Below, one piece after another: positions 27,591 to 41,760 of a DNA stretch of 64,000 bases. Each line of letters starts with the position of its first letter. The first letter of the stretch is position 1. The stretch comes from Eledone cirrhosa (lineage: Eukaryota): assembly GCA_964016885.1 (NCBI GenBank), contig OZ024748.1:53940001-54004000 (forward strand). The letters are read 5' to 3'. The notes beneath the pieces are model-generated. The model saw only the letters and a list, made by a program, of their open reading frames with translations. It was not told the DNA's origin and made no database searches. The translations under genes and the position numbers were made by a program.

Positions 27591-27780
27591 CATATATGCT
27601 TTTATATGTGTGTGCTTGGGTGTGTGTGTATGCATATATGTGTGTGTGTGTGTGCAGATATGCTTTTATGTGTGTGCTTGGGTGTGTGTGTATGCATATA
27701 TATATATATATATGTGTGTGTGTATATATATGCACACACACACACACACACCACATACACACCACACACACACACTTAAG
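26885..27780. repeat. gtctatctatctacct(AT)n minisatellite and dinucleotide repeats
   Basis: Seen directly. Confidence 0.9.
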
Positions 27781-28304
27781 GTCTAAAGTGTAAAAAAGAA
27801 AAGACTAAAGTAAAAGCGAGGAAAACAATTGTAAAGACACGTAGAGTATAGGTTTGTGTTTAAATTATTCTCAGTGTTCTTTGTTGGTTCATAATTCTGA
27901 AGTAGTTACATATAAACCAGAACATTAGGCTGGATTAAAGAACATCAAACACTTTATATTGGTTCCTTCTTTCTCTACACTCCACTCTAACTCAGCACTC
28001 CACTCTACCTCAAACTCCAGTCTACCTCAAACACACTCTACCTCAAACTCCACTCTCTCTCAACACTCCACTCTCTTTCAACACTCCACTCTCTCTCTCT
28101 CAATACTCAACTCCACTCTCTCTTAACACGCCGCTCCACTCTTTCTCAACACTCCACTCTCTCTCAATACTCAACTCCACTCTCTATCAGTACTCAACAC
28201 CCCACTCTCTCTCAACACTCAGTTCTTTCTCTATGTTGTTGTGTCTCTTTGACTTAGACTGTGTCAGTGTGACCATTGAATCTTCATTTGTAGTTGTTTG
28301 ATTA

Positions 28305-28492
28305 ATCATTGATTTCAGCCAGACTCTACTGTATTGGGTTGGGTTATGTCGAAGGCTCACAACACATTGATTTCAGCCAGACTCTACTGTATTGGGTTGG
28401 GTTATGCCAGTGGCTCAGTGGCACATATTGATTACAATCAGACTCTACTCTATTGGGTTGGGTTATGTCGAAGGCACAGTGGTACACATTGT
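28305..28492. repeat. 58-61-bp minisatellite, ~3 copies
   Basis: cattgatttcagccagactctactgtattgggttgggttatg is repeated. Confidence 0.88.
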
Positions 28493-28860
28493 TTCCATGT
28501 GCCCTAACCTGGTTTGCTGCAAAATGAAATATTTTTTTAAAATGGAGACATGAAGTGAAGTAGCCAAGATTACATATTGGAAACTCTGACAAATGTAGGG
28601 GTCGGTGGGGTGGGGTAGTGTTTAGTGTGAATATAACTGGTACAACCATAAGTCTGAGAATCAGTAATTGTATCAGAAAATTGTAAAATCGTATGGGGCT
28701 TCACATTAGAGACGGATAAGAAATGAGAACTCAATAAGCCGGACATAACTATGGTGGACAAAAGACAGAAATGTAGATATATACCATATATATTATTTCC
28801 ACGATTAATTATGCTAATTAAATAAAATAAAACTAATTACAACCACAAGTATGGTATGTA

Positions 28861-29054
28861 CTGTATATACTTTAATATAAGCTGAGGAATATGTGACCAC
28901 AAAATCAATGGTAAAATCGGGTGGGGGTCAGCTTATATGCACCATCTGAACAATGTGTTGATTTTGTTGCCTCAGCTTATAATTGGGGTTTGGATTTTTG
29001 CCCATTTCTCAAATATAGAATAGGGGGAGTTGTCTTATATTCAAGTGTATATGG
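28861..29054. mobile_element. Tc1/mariner (Tc2-like) MITE; partial copy at ~42520-42620
   Basis: TA|ctgtatatactttaatataagc...gtcttatattcaagtgtatatgg|TA. Confidence 0.6.
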
Positions 29055-29064
29055 TAGTAAACCC

Positions 29065-29415
29065 TTCATGCTCATTTCAGTGGAGAAAAAAGAAGAGGAA
29101 AATAAGACTTACAATCCATTAAAATATGAGATTGCATGGTTGTTGAAATTAAAAAAGGTTAAAGTTATACCAGTCATGATAGATGCCTTGGGAACAGTAA
29201 CCAATAAATTTGATTATTGGAAAGGAAATGGAAATTGAGTGTCCTATAGCATTACTCCTGAAAGCTTGTCTTTTGGGAAGAACACGAATCAGCAGGATTC
29301 TTATAGTAGTTGATGAAGACAAATTTTGTTGATACCTAAGACCATTGTTTGTGGTTCCCTATTACACAATAGTGGGATTTTCAACAATTTAACTGTGAAA
29401 ATAATCCTATAATAA
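29065..29415 (+). mobile_element. 3' fragment of an RLE-type (R4/Dong-like) non-LTR retrotransposon
   Basis: KKEEENKTYNPLKYEIAWLLKLKKVKVIPVMIDALGTV...LLLKACLLG matches the K..KY..L...V.VIP..IGALG C-terminal restriction-like endonuclease pattern; frameshifted. Confidence 0.65.
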
Positions 29416-29636
29416 TCTCTACCATCATCATCATCATCATCACTATCATCATCATCGTCATAATTAAAACAACAATCAAAAAAGGATCTGAATTATGCAT
29501 TGCTAATGAAAACATGAAACTGTATATTTGTTTATATTATATGTAAGCTTGTGCATATCTATGTATATTGGGTTCATATGGATGTTTGTATGTCTACAAA
29601 TCTACATATTTAACTCAATATATAAACCTACATTCA

Positions 29637-29671
<35 letters not shown>

Positions 29672-30254
29672 GGGGGGGGGGTGTATGAGTGTGGTGTGTG
29701 TAATGTATATGCATATATATATAGGTAAATATAGTTGAAAGAAAAGTGGGTGAAAGGTGGAGGAAGAGGAAGTACAGATGTTTCCTGTCTAATGAACCTC
29801 AAACTTCCTGTCCAGATATTAAAAAATATATATTTTGGTTAAATCCTGTTAGGTTCACATATCTCACAAACCTAATGCACACACACACACACACATACAC
29901 ACCATCATAGACACATACACACAAACACCTCCTGCCTCCATACACTGATAGACACTCTCACCATCAATACACACACACACATCATCATCATCATCATCAT
30001 AGACACATACATACAAACACCTCCTATCTCCATACACACACACACATATATACTTACATAACCATACACTTACACAAACATAAATACATACATTCCTTTA
30101 TACTTCCTCATGCACACACGTTTTTACACATACATATACATACTCCCACATGCACATACATAAACATATACACACACCTGCATTGAAACACAGGTTTATT
30201 TAATGTATATCAAATTTTCTTTTATCTTATATCATCTGTCTATAAATGTAGGCG

Positions 30255-30450
30255 CCACAGAAAAAAGCACCCAGCCCACACTGTGAAGTGGTCGTGCAGG
30301 AGCCATGGCAAAAAAGCACCCAGCACTCACTGTAAATGAGGTTGGTGTTAGGAAGGGCATCCAGCTATAGAAATCAAGCCAGAATCAGTTCCCGTCCCAC
30401 CCTTGCAAGCAGGGAAAAGCGGACGTAAAATGATGATGATGATGATGATA
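30255..30450 (+). mobile_element. SINE-B or RTE 3' tail
   Basis: Matches 35690-35855. Confidence 0.78.
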
Positions 30451-30646
30451 TATATGATGTGAGAAAAACTACAAACCCTCCATCTCAATTCTACTTTTGA
30501 AAAGCACAAGAACTGTGAAACCAGTAAAGGAACCAAAAAAGACTCCAATTGCATTTTTGATTTCATCTTTTTTCCTTATACTTTCACTCGTGTAGGACGC
30601 CTCGTTTTTTTTTTCATTTTTGTAAAAGAAAACTCACTTTCTAATA

Positions 30647-30703
<57 letters not shown>

Positions 30704-30708
<5 letters not shown>

Positions 30709-30834
30709 GTGGTAACACAACAGTTAGTTCACCATACTCGGTATGGTGAACTAACTGTTGTGTTACCACTTCTACCTAACTCGTTCCATGGACTGAGTGC
30801 TTACCCCTACGGATATTACCTTCCAGTGTTCTAC

Positions 30835-30835
<1 letters not shown>
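30704..30835. repeat. Perfect hairpin (34-bp arms, TCG loop) plus extension, between (TA)n and (CT)n
   Basis: 30704-30737 and 30741-30774 are reverse complements. Confidence 0.9.
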
Positions 30836-30909
<74 letters not shown>

Positions 30910-30917
<8 letters not shown>

Positions 30918-31007
30918 CGTATTTAAGAAAGCCACAACATTGTTGTGGCTTTCTTAAATACGTATTTTTACACATTTCACAATGCTTCAAGCAAACTTTA
31001 ACACCCT

Positions 31008-31010
<3 letters not shown>
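30910..31010. repeat. Perfect hairpin (30-bp arms, 1-nt loop) plus extension, in (TA)n
   Basis: 30910-30939 and 30941-30970 are reverse complements. Confidence 0.9.
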
Positions 31011-31044
<34 letters not shown>

Positions 31045-32037
31045 CTTTCTCTCTATCTATCTATCTATCTCTCTCTCTCTCTATATATATATATATAATT
31101 AAAAAAATGCAAAGTAGTTTCATATGTTAAAGTCCTTTATTGATATTTCAATGACGACAGTGACCACGCGATTCCACGATTCCGCGTACTGAGTGCCATG
31201 ATCTCATCAGACAGCTTCTTACTTAATAAGGTTCCGTTCTCATATATATAGTAAACAAAAGTCACTGAATTTATTTCAGTGACTTTTCAGCCATGACCCA
31301 CTCACTCAATGAGATAATAAACTTGCAGTTGAGGAACTGCATCTTAAAATACAGAGTGTACACAGTGAGTGAGTATGATGGCAGTGTTTTGGTCATGGTA
31401 CCTTATAGTTCAGTTTAAGAATACAATGCAATGATTATTTTATATATATATACACATATATACACACACACATGTATATATAACAATCGATCGACAAGAT
31501 CCCAGACCTAATTTGCATAACGAGGGGGGTGGAGCTCGTCTAATTGGACCGAGGAAACAATGTTTCCATTGGTCTTTCCTTTTGCTAATATTATCTACCG
31601 GTCACAAATCCAGGCAGAAAAAGCAACAAACTGGGAATTGAACTCACAACCTCATCTTTGTGAATCTTATTTAAAGTCAAAACTCATCCTTTTCCATTTT
31701 TAGAGGGTTTTAAACCCTACTATCAGGCTAATATTTCTTTAGTCAAAAATACGGTGAAAGCTTCTATTTCTACTAAATATATATATATATATATATATAC
31801 GATATTAATATATATATATATATATATTTTTAGTATATGTTGGTTGTTGGAATGTTCTAGCAACTCACCAATGAGAGGAGAAGAGGCCCTTTGACGCTGA
31901 AATTCGTTTGTTTGAATTCATATGATTCCAGTTCCTCAGTGAAATAACAACCCAATCAGGAACTGGGCATATCAGAGTATTGACAAAGTTAAACACCTCA
32001 ACAACATGTGTACTCGTCTCTACCACACTAATTCGGA

Positions 32038-32071
32038 CTGCCTGAAGAGGTCACCGAAATATATATAGCAG
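32038..32071 (+). ncRNA. 34-nt minimal hammerhead motif inside a (TA)n-flanked insert (~31826-32120)
   Basis: ctgc-CTGAAGA-GG-tca-CC-GAAA-TATATA-TA-gcag, followed by AATAAA. Confidence 0.75.
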
Positions 32072-32133
32072 CAATAAACGAAGCCAAATTTTAAACATTT
32101 GACTTATTTATTTTATTTTATTTATTTATATAT

Positions 32134-32198
<65 letters not shown>

Positions 32199-32277
32199 TA
32201 TATATATATAAATATCAGTTTAACATTTGATATTTGTAGAAAAAGACTCCTAACATTTCAGATGCTGGTCTGTTATC

Positions 32278-32331
<54 letters not shown>

Positions 32332-33071
32332 TTATATATTGTATGAATATAAACACTACATTAGAGTTTTAATTAAGAGAATGTGGCTAAGAAATCTGTT
32401 GTACATAAATAGAAACTCATTGCTTTCATCATCATCATCATTACCACCACTACTACCACCACCACCCACCACACTGTTCTTCCTGCTCCCCCTCCTCCTC
32501 ATCACCAGCACCACCCCTCATTTTTCGAATCTACCTCATCATCAATACCACCACTAACCCCCCTCCCCCACATTACCATCATCAGCATCATCATCATCAT
32601 CAACATGATCATTGTCATCCTCCTCAACATCATCATTATCATCATCAATACCACCTCCCACTACAACTTCCACCCTTTTCCTCATCCTCGTCCTCCTCCT
32701 CGTCCTCCTCCTCTTCCTCCCTCCCTCCCTCTCCTCTCTCTCCCTCTCCTTTCTCCCTCTCCTCTCTCTCCCTCTCCTCCCTCTCCTCTCCACCATCACC
32801 ATCATCACCACCCCCGCCTCCTCCTCCTTGCAGCTCTCATCTGTTCCAGCTTGACTCCAGTGTAATAATGTCTGTTCAGTAATTAAAGACATCCAATTAC
32901 CAAATTCTTACTGGGACTACCAATGCCAACCAATAGAGTCTAAACATCTTGTTTACCTGACATTTAAAGAACAGCTAAAACAACACCAACCACAATTACA
33001 CAACATTAATTACAGTATAGATATATATATATACATATATATATATATATGTGTGTGTGTGTATATATATA

Positions 33072-33102
<31 letters not shown>

Positions 33103-33141
33103 GTGTGTGTGTATATATATGTGTGTGTGTGTGTATATATA

Positions 33142-33220
<79 letters not shown>

Positions 33221-33313
33221 ATATATATATGTGTGTGTGTGTATATACATATATATATATATATGTGTGTATATACATATATATATATATGTGTGCGTGT
33301 GTGTATATATATA

Positions 33314-33368
<55 letters not shown>

Positions 33369-33374
33369 ATATAC

Positions 33375-33406
<32 letters not shown>

Positions 33407-33596
33407 TGCAAGCAGGGAAAAGCAGCCGTAAAATGATGATGAGAGACAAAGAGATAGATAGAGAGATATACATACATATATGTGTAAATACATCTATATA
33501 TGCATATATAAATATACATATATATATATATGTTTGTGGTGTGTGTACCTATATATGTATATATAGATGTATTTATACATCTCTATATCTATATAT

Positions 33597-33634
<38 letters not shown>

Positions 33635-34026
33635 ATAAATGTATATATAGATGTATTTATACATATATATATATATATATATGTTTATATATATATATAT
33701 ATGTGTGTGTATATATGTATATATAGATGTATTTATACATCTCTATATATATATATATGTTTATATATATATATATATGTGTGTATATATGTATATATAG
33801 ATGTATTTATACATATATATATATATATGTATGTTTATATATATATATATTTATATATATATATGTATATGTATATATAGATGTATTTATATATATTTAT
33901 ATATATATATGCATATATATATGTGTGTGTGTGTATATATGTATATATAGATGTATTTATACATCTCTCTATATATATATGTTTATATATGTGTGTGTGT
34001 GTATATATGTATATATAGATGTATTT

Positions 34027-34076
<50 letters not shown>

Positions 34077-34254
34077 GTGTGTGTGTGTGTATATATGTAT
34101 ATATATGAGAGAGAGGTAAAAGGGAATATTATATAAACAAATTTGTGTTTGTTGAACAAAGCATGGCAGGCTCTGTATTGAAGACACTGAACATGTGGTC
34201 TCTGTTTCAAAGTCAGTGGGGAGTGAGTTTGGTCTGGCATCAGTTATGGTGAGG

Positions 34255-34640
34255 TGCTAGTGGTGGTGGTGGTTGTAGTGGTTGTGGTGGTGGTGGTGGT
34301 AGTGGTGGTGGTGGTGGTGGTGGTGGTGGTGGTGGTGGTGGTGGTGGTGGTGGTGGTGGTGGTAGTGGTGGTAGTAGTGGTGGTGGTGGTGGTGGTGGTA
34401 GTGGTGGTAGTAGTTGTGGTGGTGGTGGTGGTGGTAGTGGTGGTGGTGGTGGTGGTAGTAGTGGTGGTGGTGGTGGTGGTAGTAGTAGTGGTGGTGGTGG
34501 TAGTAGTGGTGGTGGTAGTAGTTGTGGTGGTGGTGGTGGTAGTAGTAGTAGTTGTGTTAGTGGTGATAGTAGTGGTAGTGGTAATCGCGCTGGTGGTGGT
34601 AATTGTGGCGGTAGTGGTGATGGCAGTGGTTGTAATTAGT
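34255..34640. repeat. (GGT)n/(AGT)n repeat
   Basis: Seen directly. Confidence 0.95.
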
Positions 34641-34914
34641 GGTGGTGGTAGTAGTGGTTGTAGGGGTGGTGATGGTAATGGAAGAGTGTGGGAAGTGGGA
34701 GTGAAGGAAGGCTTACCATGAGGATGATGATGATGATTGCTGGTGGTTGTGATGATGTGGGGTTGTTTTTTTTGTCTGCTCAGTCCCACCTCAACATTGG
34801 TTTTACAAACCAATGAATATAGTCCAATCCGACCATGCCCATCATGTCGTTTGTTTTTTCAGACTGGATTAACCCTTTCATGACCATATTTCTAATGAAA
34901 CACCATCTATGTCA

Positions 34915-35185
34915 GTGACCTAGTGATTAGGGTGTTCAGTTCGATTCCCAGTAGAGTGTCCTTGAACAAGACACTTTATTTCATGTTGTTCCATTCCACA
35001 CAGCCGGCAAAAATGAGTTGTACCAGTAATTTCAAAGGGGCCAGCTTTGTTGTACCATTGTGTCACGCTGAGCATTCCACAGATACATGACCCCATAATA
35101 TAGTTGTCAGGGAGACAACTATATTATAGGGTCATGTATCTGTGGAATACTCAGCCACTTGCATGTAAACTTCACAAACAAACTG
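34915..35185 (+). mobile_element. CORE-type SINE containing a hairpin with 42-bp arms
   Basis: gtgtccttgaacaagacactttatttc; hairpin at 35067-35155. Confidence 0.72.
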
Positions 35186-35510
35186 AAGGAAAGACGGACG
35201 GATGGTAAATGATGATGATGATGATTATCATCATCATCATCATTATCATCATCATCATCATAATCATCATAGTCATCACTTTATGTGCACCTTCCATGTT
35301 GGCATGGGTTGGAAGTGTTGTAATGGTCCATAACGAGACAGGTCAGAAAGATCCAATTTTCCTCATACACACCATATTTGGCATGGTTTCTATGGTTTCC
35401 ATGTTGTTGGATACCTTTTGTAGCAGCAACTACTTTACAGGGTGTACTGGGTGCATTGTGTCATGGCATCAGCACTTCCACTTTACAGAGTGTAGATATA
35501 TATATATATA

Positions 35511-35855
35511 TGGAGGCACATGGCTTAGTGGTTAGAGCATTGGCCTTGCAATCGAAAGGTTGTGAGTTCAATTCTCAGACCGGGTGATGTGTTGTTTCCT
35601 TGAGCAAGACACTTTATTTCACATTGCTCCAGTTTACTCAGCTGTAGAAATGAGATGATAGGGACTGGGGTCCCTATCATTCCACTGCAAAGTGGTCGTG
35701 GAGGTGCCATGGCAAAAAAGCACCCAGCACTCACTGTAAATGATGTTGGTGTTAGGAAGGGCATCCAGCTGTAGAAATCAAGCCAGAATCAGTTCCCGTC
35801 CCACCCTTGCAAGCAGAGAAAAGTGGACGTAAAATGAAATGATGATGAAATGATG
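35511..35855 (+). mobile_element. Full-length SINE family B: tRNA head, CORE domain, RTE-derived tail, (TGA)n
   Basis: A box tggcttagtggt, B box gagttcaattc, CORE ccttgagcaagacactt; tail matches the RTE 3' UTR. Confidence 0.87.
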
Positions 35856-35916
35856 ATATATATATATATCACATAAGAAACAGAGAATCAGTGGTGCGAC
35901 GAATTAAAATTTATTA

Positions 35917-36000
35917 GGCATATTACAATCGTTTCTCAGGCGACCAGCTCAATGTAATGATCAAACCTGACTCTGAAATCGCAAGATCCTCAGATATGTC
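35917..36000 (-). ncRNA. Hammerhead motif with a long stem II inside a (TA)n-flanked insert (~35870-36118)
   Basis: Minus strand catat-CTGAGGA-(~51 nt)-GAAA-CGATTG-TA-atatg, then AATAAA. Confidence 0.62.
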
Positions 36001-36116
36001 TTGATTCTTCGAAATAGAGTTTCCAAAACTTATGTGATATTATACTCTGCTCTGTAAGAGCATCGAGTGCTCAAACGCCCTACCACATACGGACGCTTTA
36101 AGCATCCCGCTCCAAT

Positions 36117-37280
<1,164 letters not shown>

Positions 37281-37943
37281 ACAATGGATTGAGAGAGAAG
37301 AGGGGGTGAGAGTGGAGGCAGGTGAAAGATAGAGAGAGGGGGAGGGTGAAGGAAGGAAGGAAATGAACTGGGGTGGTCAGTGGGTGACATAAAATATAGA
37401 ATGAGACAGACAATAGAGAAAAAGAGAGGATAGATGTTGATTAAATTCTGCCAAACTATATACAGCAGATCACAACTGGTTTGTAAGGATGGTGTAGTGT
37501 GGTAGAGAGGGTGGGGGAGTGAGAGAAGAAACAGAATGAAGGAAAATACTTATAGGATTAAAGTTCTTTGAAGGACAGTAATTAACTAGCTAATTAGGAG
37601 TATTAACATAGCAAATGAGATACAATCAAAGCTCATTAAGGCATCCTGATTACACTGGCAGATCTCTCTATATCTCGTTAGGACTAACGAGCTTTTCAGT
37701 GATTAAATCAGTGTTCACTATATTTTTTTAATTTCTCCTTCTTCACTTTCTCTTCTCTTCCTTCTCCTATTATTATTAATATTACTATTATGTTTAATTT
37801 CACTTATTATCATCATCATTATCATCATCACCATCATCATCATTATTATTATTATTATTATTAGAAATTATTGAGCTCTATTTTTTTTTTCATTATCTAA
37901 ATATCTCTCATTACAAAATCTAAAGTGTGAATGTAAGAGGCTG

Positions 37944-37980
<37 letters not shown>

Positions 37981-38143
37981 GTGTGTGAGTGTACATACAT
38001 ACTCACACACACACACACACACATTTATTTATCTATATATGCATAATTATATATATATATATATATTTATATATACCCTAAACCTAACACTATATATGCA
38101 AATGTGGAAAAACAGATGTGAAATCGATGATGATATATGTATA

Positions 38144-38174
<31 letters not shown>

Positions 38175-38258
38175 CACACAACCAGTATTTGTTTTTGTTA
38201 TGTTGTTGCCATTTGAAATTTATTTATGTTACCACTCCTTTAATATATGTAAGTACTT

Positions 38259-41232
38259 CATCATCATCATTATCGTTTAACGTCCATATTCCACGCTTGC
38301 ATGGGTTTGGACGGGAGTTTTCCCACTTGAGACAAGAGTGGTTGTCTTGCTCGCATAGGACTGTCTGGCTGGATGCCCTTCCTAACACCAACCACATTTA
38401 CAGTATGGAACTGGGAGGTTTTTACCGTGTTACCTACACGGCCACATTACAGTGTGGACTGTGTGTTTTTTTGTCGTGACACGTACACGACGTCATTTGT
38501 TTCGGGCTGGATGTTGTGGTACCAACATAACTTTACATTGAAAGGTGTGGATGGGGTGGGGGTAGTGGGACAGGGTGTAAACCTACTACTGACTGTAGTA
38601 GGTTTCACTTTGTACTTAGGTAAGGCGGGTCTTCTCTATTACTGTGTAGCGCCAAAGATCTTGGTCCAGTGACATTGTCTTGGAGAGGTGTAAGTGTGTG
38701 AGGTCGGAATTTATCAAGTCGTCACAGGTTTTTCTGGGTCTGCCTACTCCGTGGCTACCGTCTATTTTTATTGCCCTGCACTTTTTTATACAGCTGTCGT
38801 CTTTCATGCGCATCACGTGACCATACCAACGTAGTCTTCTCTCGAGTAAACAACATCTGATCCCTCTTATTTCTAATTTTTCCCTTAGTTCGTTTATGCT
38901 TTGCCGTTCACGTATATTACTATTACACATCCAGCGGAGCATGCAAGCTTCGTTCCTCTCCAGTCTGCATATATCCTCTGCACACAATGCCATGCAACAT
39001 TGCTGTTCGTATGCAGGCATCATACGGCCTGCCTTTCATATTTAGGGAGAACCCTTTAGCGGCTAATAGTGGTATAAGCTCTCTGAACTTTTTCCATCCA
39101 GTTCTGACTCTAGCTACTGTTCTTTCAGAGCACCCTCCCCACTGCTGATTTTGTCACCCAGGTAACGGAAGCTGTCCACTATTTCTATAGAACCATCTGT
39201 GCAATGGAATGAGTTAGTATTCTGTGGGCACTTGCTGCTACTTATTGCACCAGAGCACCAGCCACATATAAAATCTATGTTCTTAGTTAGCTTACCTGTG
39301 ATCCCACTATATCTTTTATGCACCCATACTTTGCATTTGGGACATAAAATGGAGTTTCTACCTACTCCTTTCCTACACACTGAGCATGGCCATTTCCCGG
39401 ATGGGACCGGCGCCCTATTTTCCTTCCTACAAACTAGAACTTTAGTCTTAGAGAGGTTAATTTTAAGGCCTTTTGATTCTAGACCATGCTTCCATGTTTG
39501 GAATTTCTTCTCTAGTTCGGCCATTGATTCAGCTATGAGCGTTAGATCATCTGCGTATAGGAGTTCCCATGGGCAGCCGGTCTTGAACTCCACTGTTATA
39601 GCCTGAAGGGCAATAATAAATAGTAGGGGGCTAAGAACGGAGCCCTGATGAACACCAACTTTTACGCTAAACTCTTCACTATATTCGTTGTTAATTCTAA
39701 CCTTGCTGACTGTTTCTTTATACATGGCTTGTATAGCTCTCACAAGCCATCCATCAACACCTAGTTTTCTAAGAGCCCACCAGATAATGGAATGGGGGAC
39801 TCTGTCGAAGGCTTTCTCCAAGTCGACAAAAGCTAAGTATAGGGGTTTACTTTTAGCTAGGTACTTCTCCTGTAGTTGTTGTACAATGAAAAGAGCGTCT
39901 GTGGTACTTTTACCTGACATAAACCCGAACTGCATTTCATCTAGATCAATTCTCTCTCTGATTAGTTGCGCTATTACTTTTTCTGTGACCTTCATGACCT
40001 GCTCGATTAATTTAATGCCTCTATAGTTACTCCTATCTAGGGTATCTCCTTTACCCTTGTAGCAGTTAATGATGATGCTACTACGTCAGTCCTTCGGAAC
40101 AACCCCATTCTGTATGACTTGGTTTACTATCCGAGTGACCATGTTGTGTCCCACCGTTCCAGAATCTTTCAGCATTTCAGCAACTATTTCCGAAGGCCCA
40201 GCCGCCTTACCCGTCTTCATATCTTTGATTGCCTTACTTATTATGCTACCTTCGACTAACACTGCTGGTCCCTCTATTGGGTCGATGTGGGGGAGACTGT
40301 CTTTCTCCCATTTATTCTCCTCATTTAGTAGCCTTTCGTAGTGACACTTCCAAGCTACCTTCTTATCAGCGTCAGTGATGGCAAGTACACCATCATCATT
40401 AAGGACACACTTCTCCCCGACAATATCACGGTTTTCCTTGATACATTGCCTAGCAATCCTGAACACCTCACGTTTTTGGTCCTCGCATTGTAGAACATGC
40501 TTGAACTTTCTTTCCTCTGCTTCCCTTCTTGCGAAGTACACTTGTCTCCTAGCTTCCCTCCTGGCCACTTGATAGTCTTCTCTACTTCCCCCATCCCGCC
40601 ATACTTTCCAAGCCTGCTTTTTGGCCTTAATTGACTCCTCCACCTTACTGTTCCACCACCAAGTTACTCTCCTCCTGCCTATAGGCCTGCTCCAGCCACA
40701 GACTTCGTCTGCCGCCATCAGCAGGTTTGCTTTCAGGAATTCCCACTGTTCCTCTATATTGTACGACTCTAAATGCTCTTCCTTACTGTCGAAAGCATCA
40801 AGTAATATGCTTTTAAATTTATTTCTGGCTGTGGGGTCCTTTAGCTTCCATATTTTTCTCCTGAGGATAGTCCTCTTCTGCTGTCGAGTACTTCTTGTCC
40901 TGACTATGAGGTCGCTAATTATCAGTCTATGTTGGGAGGTGCATTCTTCATGGGGGAGAGATTTAGTGTTTACAACAGACACTCTGTCACGTCTTCTGAT
41001 AAGTATATAATCTACCTGGCTGGTATGTTCCCCTGATCTGTAGGTGATCAAGTGATTGTCTCGTTTTTTGAAGTTAGTGTTACAGATAGTTAGGTTATTT
41101 GCATCACAGAATTCCAGGATTCTGGAGCCTTCCTCATTTCTAGTACCAAACCCATAGCCTCCGTGGATTCCGTCATAGCCGTCACAATGTTGTCCAACGT
41201 GACCATTTAGGTCGCCAGCAATAAATATAAAT
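38259..41232 (-). mobile_element. 5'-truncated RTE-clade LINE (C-half of APE endonuclease, RT, C-terminus, 3' UTR, (TGA)n tail), inactivated
   Basis: AGDLNGHVG, VDYIL and SQHRL (APE); FVDLEKAFD, GVHQGSVLSPLLF, LLYADD and FRYLG (RT); RRLRWYGHVMR...GRPRKT; a stop at 40086 and frameshifts near 39114 and 41090. Confidence 0.95.
39114..41051 (-). pseudogene. Broken endonuclease/reverse-transcriptase ORF (ORFs 40086-41051 and 39114-39995; continues in 38616-39023)
   Basis: ORF-track translations with canonical non-LTR RT motifs. Confidence 0.93.
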
Positions 41233-41269
41233 ATATATGTATATATATATATATATATGACCTCTATAT

Positions 41270-41405
41270 ATCATCATCATCGTTTAACGTCCATCTTCCA
41301 CGCTAGCATGGGTTAGACGGGAGTTGACCCACTTGAGGCAAGGTTGATTGGGTGACCGTGTCTCACTCATATAGGACTATCTGGCAGGTTTTCTACAGCT
41401 GGATG
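41270..41405 (-). mobile_element. RTE 3' end fragment in (TA)n
   Basis: Nearly identical to 52605-52745. Confidence 0.8.
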
Positions 41406-41434
41406 TATATATATATATATATATATATATGATA

Positions 41435-41685
41435 CACCCCAGAATCCTCCTATAATAGTACTGGGCTTCTATCATTCAAAAACCTTAGAAACGTCCTATA
41501 ACAGAACTGGGGCCCCTACCATTAAAACACCCAAGAAGCCTGCTATGACATGACTGCGATTCCTACCATTAACACTCCAGAAACCTCCTATGATAGGACT
41601 GGGTCCACTATTATTAAAACACCCCAGAAACCTATGATAGGACTAGGTCGCCTATCATTAAAACACCCAAGAAACCTTCTATGAG
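41435..41685. repeat. Diverged ~46-bp minisatellite
   Basis: Variants of acaccccagaaacctcctatgataggactgggtcc.ctatcattaa, ~5 copies. Confidence 0.8.
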
Positions 41686-41760
41686 ATGCTACATCACAGG
41701 AGGCCATCTAAGCGTGTATGAGTGTGAGCTGTAAATGAGGTGCTAATATATTTTCTCTTT

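Noticed and set aside
30475-30600. Possible minus-strand coding exon (MKSKMQLESFLVPLL...)
   Set aside because: No recognisable homology and no convincing acceptor; adjacent to repeats
31150-31290. Minus-strand CTGATGA...GAAT-cgcg and a small hairpin at 31257-31287
   Set aside because: GAAA and stem I are not intact; too degenerate to call
35511-35585. tRNA genes at SINE heads
   Set aside because: A and B boxes are present but there is no intact cloverleaf, and they continue into SINE bodies
38259-41232. Active LINE
   Set aside because: 5'-truncated within the endonuclease, with an in-frame stop and frameshifts
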